In this document: in pieces, positions 24,129-39,500 of the stretch
Layout of the letters: each line of letters opens with the position of its first letter
How positions within the stretch are numbered: position 1 is the stretch's first letter
Source of the DNA: Macrostomum hystrix
Taxonomy: Eukaryota; Animalia; Platyhelminthes
Length of the DNA: 64,000 nucleotides
Direction of reading: 5' to 3'
Assembly (NCBI GenBank): GCA_950097015.1
Contig: CATNEN010000039.1
Coordinates: forward strand, 7,130,001 to 7,194,000
Position numbers and translations under genes: made by a program
The notes under the pieces: model-generated
What the model was told of the DNA's origin: nothing
The model's database searches: none
What the model saw: the letters and a program-made list of their open reading frames with translations, nothing else

Positions 24129-26437
24129 TTATATCATTATTTGTACATCACGTTGCACAAATTCATTTCAATACACTAGTTAAGAGAAATTGTATTATGA
24201 AACATTTTATTAGTTTTTTAAAAAGCCAATGCTCTATTTTAAATTTTGGATTTTCTGTATATTCTGCCCGGTGGCGTATCTAGGATTTTAAAATGGGGGG
24301 GATAAATTTGCTGTTTCAACTATCAGAGAAAATGAGCTGCTGCTGTAGTCCATTTGCAGACAACGATTTCGCTACCTTTTTAATTACTTAGTTTTACATT
24401 TATAGCTAAAATATCATGCAAAGTGTTTTGGCGTTTTGCATGAGTAAATTATATTAAATCAACAATTCTGTGGTTTTTAAGGCCTAGACTAAACTTATTT
24501 CAATACATAAATATTGTTTTTTATATAGAATTCACATTGTAATAGACACAGTTGCAGTTTAAATATTCAAATAAGTTTTAATATAATTTTAATCTACCCA
24601 TTCGAGAAAACTGAAGATTCTGTAAGCATAACTTGAAGATTGAAGAAATATGCAGCCTTTGATGTCTAAAGCAGTTAGGCCTAATGATCTTGATTATTGA
24701 TTGTTTTCGTCTGTTACATCTGCATTGTGATTGTAGTAGGCATAGGTGCTAACTGAAACGATTTGAAGTAATTAAAGTAAGTAGTGGATTCTCTATTTTA
24801 AGGGGAAAGCATCCCTAGACAAATGCTAAAAATAGACTGAATCTGTTAGTGTGCAGACAGCTATCAGCTTCTTAGTCAAAATATTCCCACATGCATGGCA
24901 CACCAAAGAGACTTGATAGGCTGCAAATGTATTTATGACTAGCTATCCTGGCCATTGAGAGAATATTTCCTAGAATTTTGTGTCAACAAGTTTACCACAA
25001 ACTATGCCAGAAAAACCAAACTGTAGATAGACAATCTTTTAACAAAAATGGAACTAATAGTCAAGTGATGCAATAGTTTAAAGATCATGCTTATTGTATG
25101 CCTGATTCCTGAATTCCCTGAAATAGTTACCTAATTACAATTTGACAACAATTTAATATATGATTGCAAGATTGTATTATTGTAAGGTATAATACAAACC
25201 AACAAGGGAAGACAAATATCTATAATAATAAACATATTTTTAGCAGTTATATGAAATATAGCATTGTTTGAAGACACATGAAAAAAGTGCAAAAGTTTTT
25301 TCTTCAAGATTGTATATATTAATATGCATTCTTCTGCAAGCTTCATGTTATAAAAACACAACACATAAAAATCCTACATGAAATAGATTAACAATGAAAC
25401 ATAAAAGAGAGTCAGCTACATTTCATACTTTGGTTCATGTTCTGCATATGCAAGAGTCATAAAAATTTTTAATGATCAGCTCCTTTTTATCTGCACAATG
25501 CTGTTGCTGAGGAAGATCTTGGTTATTACAAGTTGCAAGTTGCACTTTCCCAAAGTCCTCATGTTGCCCAGAATTGTGTTTTTACCATGATCTAGTAATT
25601 TCTAATTGTTTATAACTTTCAAATACACACATTACTATTTCATGACAATGTATAGACTATAGAATGATATAATAAGGTTTATAGATTCTTTTCAATTTTC
25701 AGCCAAATAGTATGTTATTAGGCTCAAGACAAGATAAAGTCCCAAAAGTATTGCAGCACAACTCACATATTATCATCAAGCAGCACAAGTTCCCATAATA
25801 TCAAGTACAGCCTTACTAGACTGGTAGCACATAAAACATAAAGTAGTTGATTTATTTACCAATATATAAAATCTAAAAAATACCTTTCTTTGACATTCCT
25901 AAATTATAAAACAATTAGCATAGATTTTGAGACTGAAAAATAGTTAGTAAAAAAGCTTATATACTATTTTGTAGCTATATTATTAATTGTATATTAGATT
26001 TCCCAAAACTTATCCTGACTCTCGACCATATCTTATTTATGCCACTCAATTAAGGATTTGTGATAAAAACTTTAGGTTATAATTACCAAATTGATTTGAA
26101 AACACCATATTTTATATTCTCTTTAAGTTTGTATTGTATATTAATTAAGATTTTTATAGTTTTGGTTTTTGTGTTTTGTTCCTTGCAAATAAAATCTTAT
26201 TTATACTACTTAGAGATTCTATCATTAAGATTTTTACGTGAAAATTTATCTTTGAGTTTATTTTCTAAAACACCTCTGTGCAATTTTGTCATCCTGTAAA
26301 AACTTTTTATAACAAAAACGGTATAATGTACTTTTGGTTTCAGAACTGGCAATCAGATTTAAAATTAAGCAACACAACCATAACATCTGCTGATTGAATT
26401 GATACTGATAATCGAAATTGATCTAAAAAGCCAAACA

Positions 26438-27952
26438 ATGTCTACTGATGACGAGCGATTTGCCAATTTGGCATCCGAAATTAGCCAGCTAGTCAGTGGG
26501 GTGCAGGGCAACACAAGTCAGATTCGCAACTTGGCTAATAAGATTGGCACTGACCGAGACTCAGAGGCTTTGCGCGCCCAGATTCACTCGCTTAGTCACA
26601 CCACAATGTCGCAGTGCCAGCGCGCTACGGAGCAATTGAGGCGCGATCTGACCCCGATGTGTCAGGGCATGGCAGCTGCTATGCGACGCGTGCAGAAGGA
26701 CAGACTGGTGGACCAGGTGACTTACATATTGGCTAATGGACTCTAATAAATAAGTGTCTAGGAGGATGTAAAATGGACACCCACTAATGAGATAAACATG
26801 GCGTGGTTTTACCTCTCGTTGTTTCGCGCAGGTGACGAAGGTGGCTGGCGACTTTCAAGAGGCCCAGCGCTTAGTCCAGGCCCGCGAGAAAGAGGCTGCT
26901 GCAAAACAACGCCGAGAGGCCGGCGCAGGCCTGGACTCGCTGTTCGATTCGCAGCAGCCGCAGCCTCAGCTAATCGATTCCGATAATCCGTTTAGGCTTG
27001 GTGGACAGCAGCAGCAGCAGCAGATGAGGCTAGATGTGGAAGCGGCTGAACAGCGAGAGACTCAGCTGCACCAGCTTGAGCAGGATATTGTTGGTCAGTT
27101 GCTTGTATAAAACCTACTGGCTGTGTATTTTTAATTGCTGAAAATCAATCACAAAGTCCCAGCTGAAGGTTGCGTACGGCTGTTCAGTCCATGGACTGCG
27201 GAGGGGGCGACGCACCCACCCTCAATTACTGCAGCAATTACCCCACTGATGCCTATTTAACAGCTGGGTGAACTGAAGCGCTGCAGAGTTAAGTGTATTG
27301 CTTAAGCACATAGATTGTTCCAGTGGAGTCGGAAATCGAACCTCCAACCTTTAAGTCATGAGTCCGACACTCTAACTCTCCGCTAGGTTACAACCATATG
27401 AAGAATATCTTCAAAGTTTTTTATAACTACCTGCTTCTTTAAATCCAAGTTCTCGATTTTGTTGCTAGGGCTATAACTCCTGTTTCTTAGAATCCACGTT
27501 TATACGAAAGTCTACTGCTATAACATGCAGTGACCTGTAGCTTCGTTCGTTTCTACTGTTTTTTACTAGAAAATAAAATCTCGGTCTCTAAGAATATCGA
27601 GCATTGACATAAATCCCATGTAGACGATAACTTATTATCCTAGTTTCTAAGAATAAAAATCCCAGGTGCTCAGTAGAGTATTAACTGATCTGCGCGCACT
27701 CAAACTCCAGGCATCAACGAGCTATTCAAAGACCTGGCCCACATGGTGCACGATCAGGGCGAGATGCTTGACAGCATTGAGGACCACGTCAGCGAGGCTG
27801 TCATGCACGTTGAGACTGGCAACAAGCAGCTTGGCAAAGCGGTCACCTATCAGAGGGCGGCTAGACGCAAGAAGATCATCATCGCCCTCATTGTCATTGT
27901 TATACTCATTGTTCTAGGCGTGGTTATCTACCTGTCAGTGCCTAAGAATTGA
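26438..27952 (+). CDS. STX7/STX12: Syntaxin-7/12 (endosomal Qa-SNARE), exons 26438-26716, 26832-27093, 27711-27952
   Basis: The Habc region has IGTDRDSEALR and QKDRL..DFQEAQR. The SNARE motif reads [31 protein letters not shown], followed by a C-terminal TM anchor. Junction phases 0 and 1 join in frame. Confidence 0.92.
27162..27395 (-). mobile_element. tRNA-derived SINE copy (3'-truncated) in syntaxin intron 2
   Basis: It is colinear with 48729-48950 (ctgaagg.tgcgtac.gctgttcagtcc..ttaacagctgggtgaactgaagc..gtggagtcgg.aatcgaacc..tagg.tacaacc). Confidence 0.85.
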
Positions 27953-28067
27953 ACTGTCACTTTTGCCCGAGTCTACTTTCTGCTTCTTAATCGATGTTGA
28001 TTTTATCGTGCATTGTGTTGTTGCGAAAGCTATTCATGTAAGACACCATTTTACCGCATTCCAACAG

Positions 28068-31000
28068 GAGACTTATCCCCTCGCCCAGCAATAGACTTAT
28101 CCGCTCGCCCAGCAATAGACTTCTTCCCTTGTCCAGCAATAGACTTCTCCCCTTGTCCAGCAATAGACTTCTCCCCTTGCCCAGCAATAGACTTCTCCCC
28201 TTGCCCAGCAATAGACTTCTCCCCTCGCACAGCAATAGACTTCTCCCCTTGCCCAGCAATAGACTTCTCCCCTTGCCCAGCAATAGACTTCTCCCCTTGT
28301 CCAGCAATAGACTTCTCCCCTTGCCCAGCAATAGACTTCTTCCCTTATCCAGCAATAGACTTCTCCCCTTATCCAGCAATAGACTTCTCCCCTTATCCAG
28401 CAATAGACTTCTCCCCTTATCCAGCAATAGACTTCTCCCCTTGTCCAGCAATAGACTTCTCCCCTTATCCAGCAATAGACTTCTCCCCTTGTCCAGCAAT
28501 AGACTTCTCCCCTTGTCCAGCAATAGACTTCTCCCCTTGTCCAGCAATAGACTTCTCCCCTTGTCCAGCAATAGACTTCTCCCCTTGTCCAGCAATAGAC
28601 TTCTCCCCTTGTCCAGCAATAGACTTCTCCCCTTGCCCAGCAATAGACTTCTCCCCTCGCCCAGCAATAGACTTCTCCCCTTGCCCAGCAATAGACTTCT
28701 CCCCTTGCCCAGCAATAGACTTCTCCCCTTGTCCAGCAATAGACTTCTCCCCTTGCCCAGCAATAGACTTCTTCCCTTATCCAGCAATAGACTTCTCCCC
28801 TTATCCAGCAATAGACTTCTCCCCTTATCCAGCAATAGACTTCTCCCCTTATCCAGCAATAGACTTCTCCCCTTGTCCAGCAATAGACTTCTCCCCTTAT
28901 CCAGCAATAGACTTCTCCCCTTGTCCAGCAATAGACTTCTCCCCTTGTCCAGCAATAGACTTCTCCCCTTGTCCAGCAATAGACTTCTCCCCTTGCCCAG
29001 CAATAGACTTCTTCCCTTATCCAGCAATAGACTTCTCCCCTTATCCAGCAATAGACTTCTCCCCTTGTCCAGCAATAGACTTCTCCCCTTATCCAGCAAT
29101 AGACTTCTCCCCTTGTCCAGCAATAGACTTCTCCCCTTGTCCAGCAATAGACTTCTCCCCTTGTCCAGCAATAGACTTCTCCCCTTGCCCAGCAAGAGAC
29201 TTCTTTCCCTTGCCCAGCAATAGACTTCTCCCCTTGTCCAGCAAGAGACTTCTCCCCTTGCCCAGCAAGAGACTTCTCTCCTTGCCCAGCAATAGACTTC
29301 TCCCCTTGCCCAGCAAGAGACTTCTCCCCTCGCCCAGCAATAGACTTCTTTCCCTTGCCCAGCAATAGACTTCTCCCCTTATCCAGCAATAGACTTCTCC
29401 CCTTGTCCAGCAATAGACTTCTCCCCTTATCCAGCAATAGACTTCTCCCCTTGTCCAGCAATAGACTTCTCCCCTTGTTCAGCAATAGACTTCTCCCCTT
29501 GTCCAGCAATAGACTTCTCCCCTTGCCCAGCAAGAGACTTCTTTCCCTTGCCCAGCAATAGACTTCTCCCCTTGTCCAGCAAGAGACTTCTCCCCTTGCC
29601 CAGCAAGAGACTTCTCTCCTTGCCCAGCAAGAGACTTCTCCCCTCGCCCAGCAATAGACTTCTCCCCTTGCCCAGCAATAGACTTCTCCCCTTGCCCAGC
29701 AATAGACTTCTCCCCTTGTCCAGCAATAGACTTCTCCCCTTGTCCAGCAATAGACTTCTCCCCTTGTCCAGCAATAGACTTCTCCCCTTGCCCAGCAATA
29801 GACTTCTCCCCTTGCCCAGCAAGAGACTTCTCCCCTTGCCCAGCAATAGACTTCTCCCCTCGCCCAGCAATAGACTTCTCCCCTTGCCCAGCAAGAGACT
29901 TCTCCCCTCGCCCAGCAATAGACTTCTTTCCCTTGCCCAGCAATAGACTTCTCCCCTTGCCCAGCAATAGACTTCTCCCCTTATCCAGCAATAGACTTCT
30001 CCCCTTGTCCAGCAATAGACTTCTCCCCTTATCCAGCAATAGACTTCTCCCCTTGTCCAGCAATAGACTTCTCCCCTTGTCCAGCAATAGACTTCTCCCC
30101 TTGTCCAGCAATAGACTTCTCCCCTTGCCCAGCAAGAGACTTCTTTCCCTTGCCCAGCAATAGACTTCTCCCCTTGTCCAGCAAGAGACTTCTCCCCTTG
30201 CCCAGCAAGAGACTTCTCTCCTTGCCCAGCAATAGACTTCTCCCCTTGTCCAGCAATAGACTTCTCCCCTTGTCCAGCAATAGACTTCTCCCCTTGTCCA
30301 GCAATAGACTTCTCCCCTTGCCCAGCAATAGACTTCTCCCCTTGCCCAGCAAGAGACTTCTCCCCTTGCCCAGCAATAGACTTCTCCCCTTGCCCAGCAA
30401 TAGACTTCTCCCCTTGCCCAGCAATAGACTTCTCCCCTTGTCCAGCAATAGACTTCTCCCCTTGCCCAGCAATTGACTTCTTCCCTTATCCAGCAATAGA
30501 CTTCTCCCCTTATCCAGCAATAGACTTCTCCCCTTATCCAGCAATAGACTTCTCCCCTTATCCAGCAATAGACTTCTCCCCTTGTCCAGCAATAGACTTC
30601 TCCCCTTATCCAGCAATAGACTTCTCCCCTTGTCCAGCAATAGACTTCTCCCCTTGTCCAGCAATAGACTTCTCCCCTTGTCCAGCAATAGACTTCTCCC
30701 CTTGCCCAGCAATAGACTTCTTCCCTTATCCAGCAAAAGACTTCTCCCCTTATCCAGCAATAGACTTCTCCCCTTATCCAGCAATAGACTTCTCCCCTTA
30801 TCCAGCAATAGACTTCTCCCCTTGTCCAGCAATAGACTTCTCCCCTTATCCAGCAATAGACTTCTCCCCTTGTCCAGCAATAGACTTCTCCCCTTGTTCA
30901 GCAATAGACTTCTCCCCTTGTCCAGCAATAGACTTCTCCCCTTGCCCAGCAAGAGACTTCTTTCCCTTGCCCAGCAATAGACTTCTCCCCTTGTCCAGCA

Positions 31001-32030
31001 AGAGACTTCTCCCCTTGCCCAGCAAGAGACTTCTCTCCTTGCCCAGCAAGAGACTTCTCCCCTCGCCCAGCAATAGACTTCTCCCCTTGCCCAGCAATAG
31101 ACTTCTCCCCTTGCCCAGCAATAGACTTCTCCCCTTGTCCAGCAATAGACTTCTCCCCTTGTCCAGCAATAGACTTCTCCCCTTGTCCAGCAATAGACTT
31201 CTCCCCTTGCCCAGCAATAGACTTCTCCCCTTGCCCAGCAAGAGACTTCTCCCCTTGCCCAGCAATAGACTTCTCCCCTTGCCCAGCAATAGACTTCTCC
31301 CCTTGCCCAGCAAGAGACTTCTCCCCTCGCCCAGCAATAGACTTCTTTCCCTTGCCCAGCAATAGACTTCTCCCCTTGCCCAGCAATAGACTTCTCCCCT
31401 TATCCAGCAATAGACTTCTCCCCTTGTCCAGCAATAGACTTCTCCCCTTATCCAGCAATAGACTTCTCCCCTTGTCCAGCAATAGACTTCTCCCCTTGTC
31501 CAGCAATAGACTTCTCCCCTTGTCCAGCAATAGACTTCTCCCCTTGCCCAGCAAGAGACTTCTTTCCCTTGCCCAGCAATAGACTTCTCCCCTTGTCCAG
31601 CAAGAGACTTCTCCCCTTGCCCAGCAAGAGACTTCTCTCCTTGCCCAGCAAGAGACTTCTCCCCTCGCCCAGCAATAGACTTCTCCCCTTGCCCAGCAAT
31701 AGACTTCTCCCCTTGCCCAGCAATAGACTTCTCCCCTTGTCCAGCAATAGACTTCTCCCCTTGTCCAGCAATAGACTTCTCCCCTTGTCCAGCAATAGAC
31801 TTCTCCCCTTGCCCAGCAATAGACTTCTCCCCTTGCCCAGCAAGAGACTTCTCCCCTTGCCCAGCAATAGACTTCTCCCCTTGCCCAGCAATAGACTTCT
31901 CCCCTTGCCCAGCAAGAGACTTCTCCCCTCGCCCAGCAATAGACTTCTTTCCCTTGCCCAGCAATAGACTTCTCCCCTTGCCCAGCAATAGACTTCTTTC
32001 CCTTGCTTAACAAGAGATTTCTCCCCCTTT
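28068..32030. repeat. ~4-kb 24-bp minisatellite (cccagcaatagacttctccccttg) with higher-order blocks (~602 bp)
   Basis: The period is 24, and recurring 25-bp variant units mark blocks (e.g. 30967 vs 31569). It begins ~115 bp after the syntaxin stop. Confidence 0.97.
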
Positions 32031-32505
32031 GCAAGCAAGAGCAATCTCCCCTTTGCCTCCTCCAATTGGCGAATTTAGTTTTAAAACGTTTTTAACGCTC
32101 AGTCAAAAACCTTCTTAGTCACTATTGAAAGCAGAACTAAAAATCAATTATTTACCGCACCTGTCGTAAGTTAATTTGAGTCAACAGGTGTTGCAATGCT
32201 GATTTCATTTGAACTAAAAAAAACTAACAATGCATAGTCAAAGCTAACAAAATCAGTTATATAAATGTCTTTGTTTCTGCAAAACGATTGTATATGAACT
32301 AAACAAAATTTGTTTTCACATTGTATTTCCCATGTTTAGCGAGAAATATAATTCTCAGTTAATATTATCCTGAAAAACTTATTCTACTTGTAGTACAATT
32401 TGCTGCTGTGCAATCATTTTAAGAATTCGATAGCGACGCTTAGTTTTATTTTTTCTCTCTCCACCCCTGCCTGTTGTCAAATAAGAGAAATCCACTGTTG
32501 TAAGG

Positions 32506-32851
32506 TTTACAGCCTGACAGTCGCTGACCTACAGACTGTTTACAGCCTGACAGTCGCTGACCTACAGACTGTTTACAGCCTGACAGTCACTGAACTACAG
32601 ACTGTTTACAGCCTGACAGTCACTGACCTACAGACTGTTTACAGCCTGACAGTCGCTGACCTACAGACTGTTTACAGCCTGACAGTCGCTGACCTACAGA
32701 CTGTTTACAGCCTGACAGTCGCTGACCTACAGACTGTTTACAGCCTGACAGTCGCTGACCTACAGACTTTTTACAGCCTGACAGTCACTGACCTACAGAC
32801 TGTTTACAGCCTGACAGTCGCTGACCTACAGACTGTTTACAGCCTGACAGT
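32506..32851. repeat. 33-bp minisatellite, ~10 copies
   Basis: gtttacagcctgacagtcgctgacctacagact occurs in tandem. Confidence 0.95.
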
Positions 32852-33556
32852 CCAAATCATTAAATAAACATGAAATTAGTATTTAAGATTGTTATGCGGG
32901 GCAAATCTCTTCCATTTCGATGTAAATTTCTGGTTTTCTGTCTGAATTGCGTACTTGTGTAAATTCGTGTCATTCGCACAGATCTCCCAAACAGAATCGT
33001 CGATATGTCCTGATTCTATTGAATGTGTCTATTAAATGTATGCGTAATAAATTCTCTTTTTGTGTTTAAAAATTTATAACAATCTTTGATTATTAATTCT
33101 GCGAATATACTTAAATGTATTTCTATTGAATGTGCATCGTTTAATTACCCTGAGTGAAATTGATTGTATGTGATAATATATTTCAGATTTTTAAATTGTT
33201 AAATAGAATCGCCTATTTACAGCTCGTGGTTTTGTCATTTCCTTCATTTTAGTATACTAGCTTTTCTCAGTGGGGTCACGTGATCCCTAAATCAATTAGT
33301 GTAGGTAGTCATCGATTTTCTCATTGTGAAGTGGTAGGTCCTTTTGAATAACTGCGGGGTGTGTTTCCAGGTAACAAGGGTCACGTGATACGATAAATGT
33401 ACTTTTTCATACTCTGAAGCAGTTTTTACTAAATCCCGTTAATTTTTTTCCAGCTTTAATCCACATTTTCGTCGATACTCTAAAAACAGAGCCAGCTGAA
33501 TTGCCTCGCCTCAACTCTGACATTCTTCGAATTGTTGACCTACAAGACAGTCAAGC

Positions 33557-36500
33557 ATGGCCGCTAGTTTAGCACTCATGACATCGCCACAAGCCATGGG
33601 CGGCGCAGGCGGCGGCGGTGGCGGGGCCTTCTCGCCGCTGACTCTGTTTGAATGCACCATCACCAATGCCACAATGCTGATTGACAGCATGGCGGCTCGC
33701 GACCTAATGGTGGCCTTTAAAATAGTCACCCAGCTGAATTCGCACCTAGTTGAAGCCATGGAGCCGCAGTTTGTTCGCATTGCCGATACGGCCGACGCTC
33801 ACGCGCACTGTCCTCCGCCACCGGCGCCGCCGCAGTCGACATTGTCAGCGGCAGCCGCGGCCGGCGGTCCAATGTCGTCCTCGCAGTCATCCTCTTCTGT
33901 GAAGCGGTCAATGATGCAACAGTCGGACTCCGGCGAGCATCTGTCATCAATGAAACGGGAATACAATTCTGACGACGACTGCCAAATTCTGGACGATGAC
34001 GCCAGCGGCAGCATGTTTGGCAGCTTCGACATTGTCAGCAACGTTCCCGGCGGCGGCGGCAGCGGAGCTTCTGGCTACGGCGCCAGTCCAGCCAAAATTT
34101 CACGAACTGGCGGCGCCACCGGTGGCGCCGATCTGAGCGACACCGGCGAGCTTTCGGCGGAATGGAAGGTGCGGAGACCATTACTGTATAATTGCACCAT
34201 CTCTGGATAGCCACACCATCTCTGGATAGCCACACCATCTCTGGACAGCCACACCATCTCTGGATAGCCACACCATCTCTGGATAGCCACACCATCTCTG
34301 GATAGCCACACAATCTCTGGACAGCCACACCATCTCTGGACAGCCACACCATCTCTGGATAGCCACACCATCTCTGGATAGCCACACAATCTCTGGATAG
34401 CCACACCATCTCTGGATAGCCACACCATCTCTGGACAGCCACACAATCTCTGGACAGCCACACCATCTCTGGATAGCCACACCATCTCTGGATAGCCACA
34501 CCATCTCTGGACAGCCACACCATCTCTGGACAGCCACACCATCTCTGGATAGCCACACCATCTCTGGATAGCCACACCATCTCTGGATAGCCACACCATC
34601 TCTCGATAGACACACCATCTATGGACAGCCACACCATCTCTCGATAGACACACCATCTCTGGATAGCCACACCATCTCTGGATAGCCACACCATCTCTGG
34701 ATAGCCACACCATCTCTGGATAGCCACACCATCTCTGGATAGCCACACCATCTCTGGATAGCCACACCATCTCTGGATAGCCACACCATCTCTGGACAGC
34801 CACACAATCTCTGGACAGCCACACCATCTCTCGATAGACACACCATCTCTGGACAGCCACACCATCTCTCGATAGACACACCATCTCTGGACAGCCACAC
34901 CATCTCTCGATAGACACACAATCTCTGGATAGCCACACCATCTCTGGACAGCCACACAATCTCTGGATAGCCACACCATCTCTGGACAGCCACACAATCT
35001 CTGGACAGCCACACCATCTCTGGACAGCCACAACATCTGACGATAAGCACAAAATATCTGAATATCTTCTGAGCTATAGCTATATCCATATATTACACCA
35101 CCAACCAAAAAAACCCGAATAAACCCATTTCTTCATATCACTTTGCTTCTGGAGTCACGACCCTAAAAAACAATACTTCTCTAAACATCCTCACCGAATC
35201 TGGGTTAACCGACCTCACACATGTTAGATATCTCATTAAACACGTGAAATAAACTGGCACACCTGTCGCATATCTCATTAAGCACGTGAATAAACTGGCA
35301 CACCTGTAGCATATCTCATTAAGCACGTGAATAAACTGGCACACCTGTAGCATATCTCATTAAGCACGTGAATAAACTGGCACACCTGTAGCATATCTCA
35401 TTAAGCACGTGAATAAACTGGCACACCTGTCGCATATCTCATTAAGCACGTGAATAAACTGGCACACCTGTAGCATATCTCATTAAGCACGTGAATAAAC
35501 TGGCACACCTGTAGCATATCTCATTAAGCATGTCATTAAAATCGCATTTCCCAGGGCATTCTGCGCAAAGCCTATCGCCAGCTAAAAGAGGAGACTGGCT
35601 CAAACGTATTCGATTTCGCCCTGCCCTATTCAGCCGGTGTTAACATGGAAGCAGCCAAGCTTGTCATCGACAAAGCCCTACAGATCACCAGATTTAAGCC
35701 CACTAACATCGCCGCCTGGACCAGTGAGTTCAATGAAAATTATCGAATAGGCATATAGCACTACTCATAGTATTAAATCTAAAAGTTTATTTAATATGTA
35801 CTTTAATATGCCTCAATTGTGAAAGGACGTTGCAGGGCTCTCATTGAGAAATGTTTTACAAAAATTACTTGTTTTTAATATATTTTTACAATTAAATTTC
35901 GCTAATTCGCCCACATTTCGTGGTTTAAAAACTAGTTTTCTTATGTTTTTCTAACCAAAAATTTTATGACCCACAAATTAAGTTGGTCAATCATGAATAT
36001 AAACTGAATTATGCATTAATTAACAAATTAATTTTTGTCTTTACAAATACAACTAGTTGTTCTACTAATAGTGTGTATTAAGAATCATTTTGATGGGACA
36101 ATGACAGCATGTTACAATGTGATCCATCTAAGCGCCCTGAAATGACTATATAATGAATGACTTATTCTACATTCTGCCTCTACCTACTGTGAGTAGCTAT
36201 CTTTGTTTCCGCCAACCGCTTCACCTAGGCATGGGAACTAAATACCTGAATACGTGGTTCTATGGCTTCTTGAAAGCCGACTATAATAGAAGCCTGGCTA
36301 AAAATCGCTTTCATCTCGTATTTGTAAGTATTTTCTCAAAACATTTAGCAATTGAGCCAGTTTTTACAACCGCCTGATAGTTAACAAAATATCTGTGTAC
36401 ACTGTGGCTATTGTAGCTCTGTCTACAAAGTATCTTAGGAATTATTATTCGACATTTTTGAAATATCGCCAAAAGACACTGGACGCCGGCGCCAGCGTTA

Positions 36501-39500
36501 TGAGACGGTTGCGTCAATCATTGGTGAGTTGGTTGACTTCTGCGTAGGCGAAATTGTTACTAGTTAACTGGGGGTGTAGTTTTCTCGGCTTCGTCCTTTG
36601 ATAATTAAAATCTCAACACCAAATTTGGACTCTTAGACTCAGACTGTAAATTCGATTGTTTAAAATCCCGCTGATAAGGTGCCGGCCAGAAATACCTGGC
36701 CATCTATTATAGAGATGTGAAATTTCGCAATAAGCAATCACTGGCAAGGATGAAAATGCAGCTAATCTTTGTAAATATTTTTTTTCTTTTGTTGCTATTA
36801 TTGTTAATTGTCTTTGGCATTATTGTTAATTATTGTTAATCTGCAACATTCTGCCTCACAAACAATCAAACATCCCTTAATTAGCTTCAATAGTTCCTTC
36901 TACATTACGTTACACATTTTGTTGCGTTTTAGAGCCAGCTTTAAAATATGTTCGATATCACTTTGATCACAATTTAAAGTGCAAATATCGATCTACGGAA
37001 CTTAACAAAAATTTAGCCTTGAATATGAAAAAAATATTTGTAAGTTTGGGTTTATAATTTTTCGAAACCTGCAGCATAATATCCATTCACAATGGGGGCA
37101 GTCGATATTTACAGTTACAATTAACAAAATTTAACTCGCTATAATATTTACCGACAGTCGCATGCCAAAAGTACACCGGGATGTACTACAGGGACACGCT
37201 AAGAAAGTCCTATTCGTTGGAGGCAAACAGATTAAAATCTAACAGGCTGATCAACACCTACTCAGTGCGTTCTATTGCTCAATTTAATTATGTTTAGGTG
37301 GAATTACTAGGAAAAGTTTTACCTGCATTGTCCTAACTATAGACAATCTCTGGATAGTATTTGCAATGTACCGCACGTAAAAACACAGATTACACAAATT
37401 ACAGACGCAACAAAGCGTTATTTCCAATACAACTTCTTCAAATCATTGAAGCAGTCACATTCGGCTATTGCTAGAGAGAAAAAGCTGCGTTCGCTGTTAA
37501 CTATGCACTCTGCGGCATTCACTGTGAGATACGAAGCCTTTAAAAATTATTGTCCTAAATTCGAATTCATTCAATGAGAGACCTCAGTCAGTGGTTTTGA
37601 TTGCTACACAATCCTGTTGTCATTGTACAAAATCAAAATCGTATTTTCTTACAGAGGCCAACCATGGCTATTTGCGTACAATTCTATTTAAAAATTCTCG
37701 TCGCAAATTTCAAGAGGACATGCGCCTGAGCAGCCTCAATACTTACATATCTAACGCCCGGCTTGTCCTTGCTGTAAGGCTTGTTCTTGCAACGGTTCCT
37801 TTAAAAAGCAAGCATTTCCTATCTTCCCTACTTATATAGTTAATAACAAATATTACAGGGCGTTTTCACGATTACTTTCGGCGCTATTATTCAATGAATT
37901 TAAAATTTTCGCACAAACAGAAGGAAACTTTTCGGTTTACAACACAGATTATCAGCCGAATAACGGTATTAATGAATCCTTTTTTATCTAACTTAATTAT
38001 ATAGCCAGGCCACTTTGATTTGACTAAAGAAGGCTTCTGTAATTAAGTGTTACCGCCATGATATATGGGCCAATGCTCACAGATTAAATTTAGGAAGAAA
38101 TAAAAATTCAAGAATTTATAATTTAGTGAAAAAATTAAGGAGGTCGCGCTTTTGCCTTCCGGACACAGAGTTCGATGCCACGTTACGGGCGCGGGTATGC
38201 CTGGGGCTTTTTGTAAAATTGACGATATTTGGGGTAACCTGTTTTACAAGTCAGGGGAGATGTTCAGTCAGGGCCTATGTTTGCTTATTCCTGACGATAG
38301 TGTGTGTTTTCATGAAATAGGCGGACTTGCCCTCGCGGAGTTTCGCTACTGTAAGATGATTTTTACTACCTGCAGCATCCAATTTAAATAATCAAATAAA
38401 TAATCCCCATACCGATACTCACATTATAATTTAAAAAATTAATAGAAATGAGTAACGCCTACTTACAAGACTACTTTAACGACACATTGAAGCGTTCCTA
38501 TGTTAGAAAACGTAGTAATTCACAATATAATAGAAGATTCGACTTTCAATTGCTGATAGTAAGTAATTTTGCTATAATAATAGTATTTGCCCAGAGACGT
38601 GTTGATTAAGGAACATTACTGTGACCACTTTTTAGTACAACGGTCTCTTCACTTAACTGACTCGTTAGACTAGAAACCGCCAAAGTGTTTATTCCTTTCT
38701 ATTCATTAATAAAAGGGAGATATGACAAAGAAATAAATACAGGGACGATTAGATGATTAAGAATATCTAAAGAATATAAAGTGCCACCACTTTATAGTAC
38801 AACGGTCGTTACGAATAAAACTGACTCGTTAGACTACAAAGCGCCACCGATATTGTTTAGAAATTGTGTTGGGATTGTAGATTTAGGAACGGTACTATGA
38901 CCGCATTGCAGCACAACGGTCTACACAGGACTATTACTGACTCGTTGGACTACAAAGCGCCACAAATCATTGTTCCAATACTGTGTATTGTTGAATCAGG
39001 AATTATTATATGACCGCTATGTAGGACAACGGTCATTTGGCAACAAGAAATTGCTATTAACCGACTCGTTGGACTACAAAGCGCCACAGACATTGTTCCA
39101 ACACTGTAATGGATAATGGATGAAGGGGTTGATGTATAAGGAACTGTACTATGCCCGCTATATAGCACAACGGTCATTTGGCAATTAGAATGCAATTAGC
39201 TGACTCGTTGGACTACAAAGCGCCACAGAAATTGTTCCAGCACTGTAATTTAAGGGATAAGGGGTTGATGAATAAGGAACTTTTCTATGCCCGCTATGTA
39301 GCACAACGGTCATTTGGCAATTAGAATGCAATTAGCTGACTCGTTGGACTACAAAGCGCCACAGAAATTGTTCCAGCACTGTAATTTAAGGGATAATTTA
39401 AGGGGTTGATGAATAAGGAACTTTTCTATGCCCGCTATGTAGCACAACGGTCATTTGGCAATTAGAATGCAATTAGCTGACTCGTTGGACTACAAAGCGC

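Noticed and set aside
24268-24305. DNA-transposon/MITE terminal repeat (ggtggcgtatctaggatttt..gggggg; similar cagtggcgccgg at ~52783)
   Set aside because: No matching opposite terminus or TSD was found.
27987-32065. Long ORFs (up to 478 aa) in the 24-bp array
   Set aside because: These are artefacts of a stop-free repeat unit, open on both strands and in several frames.
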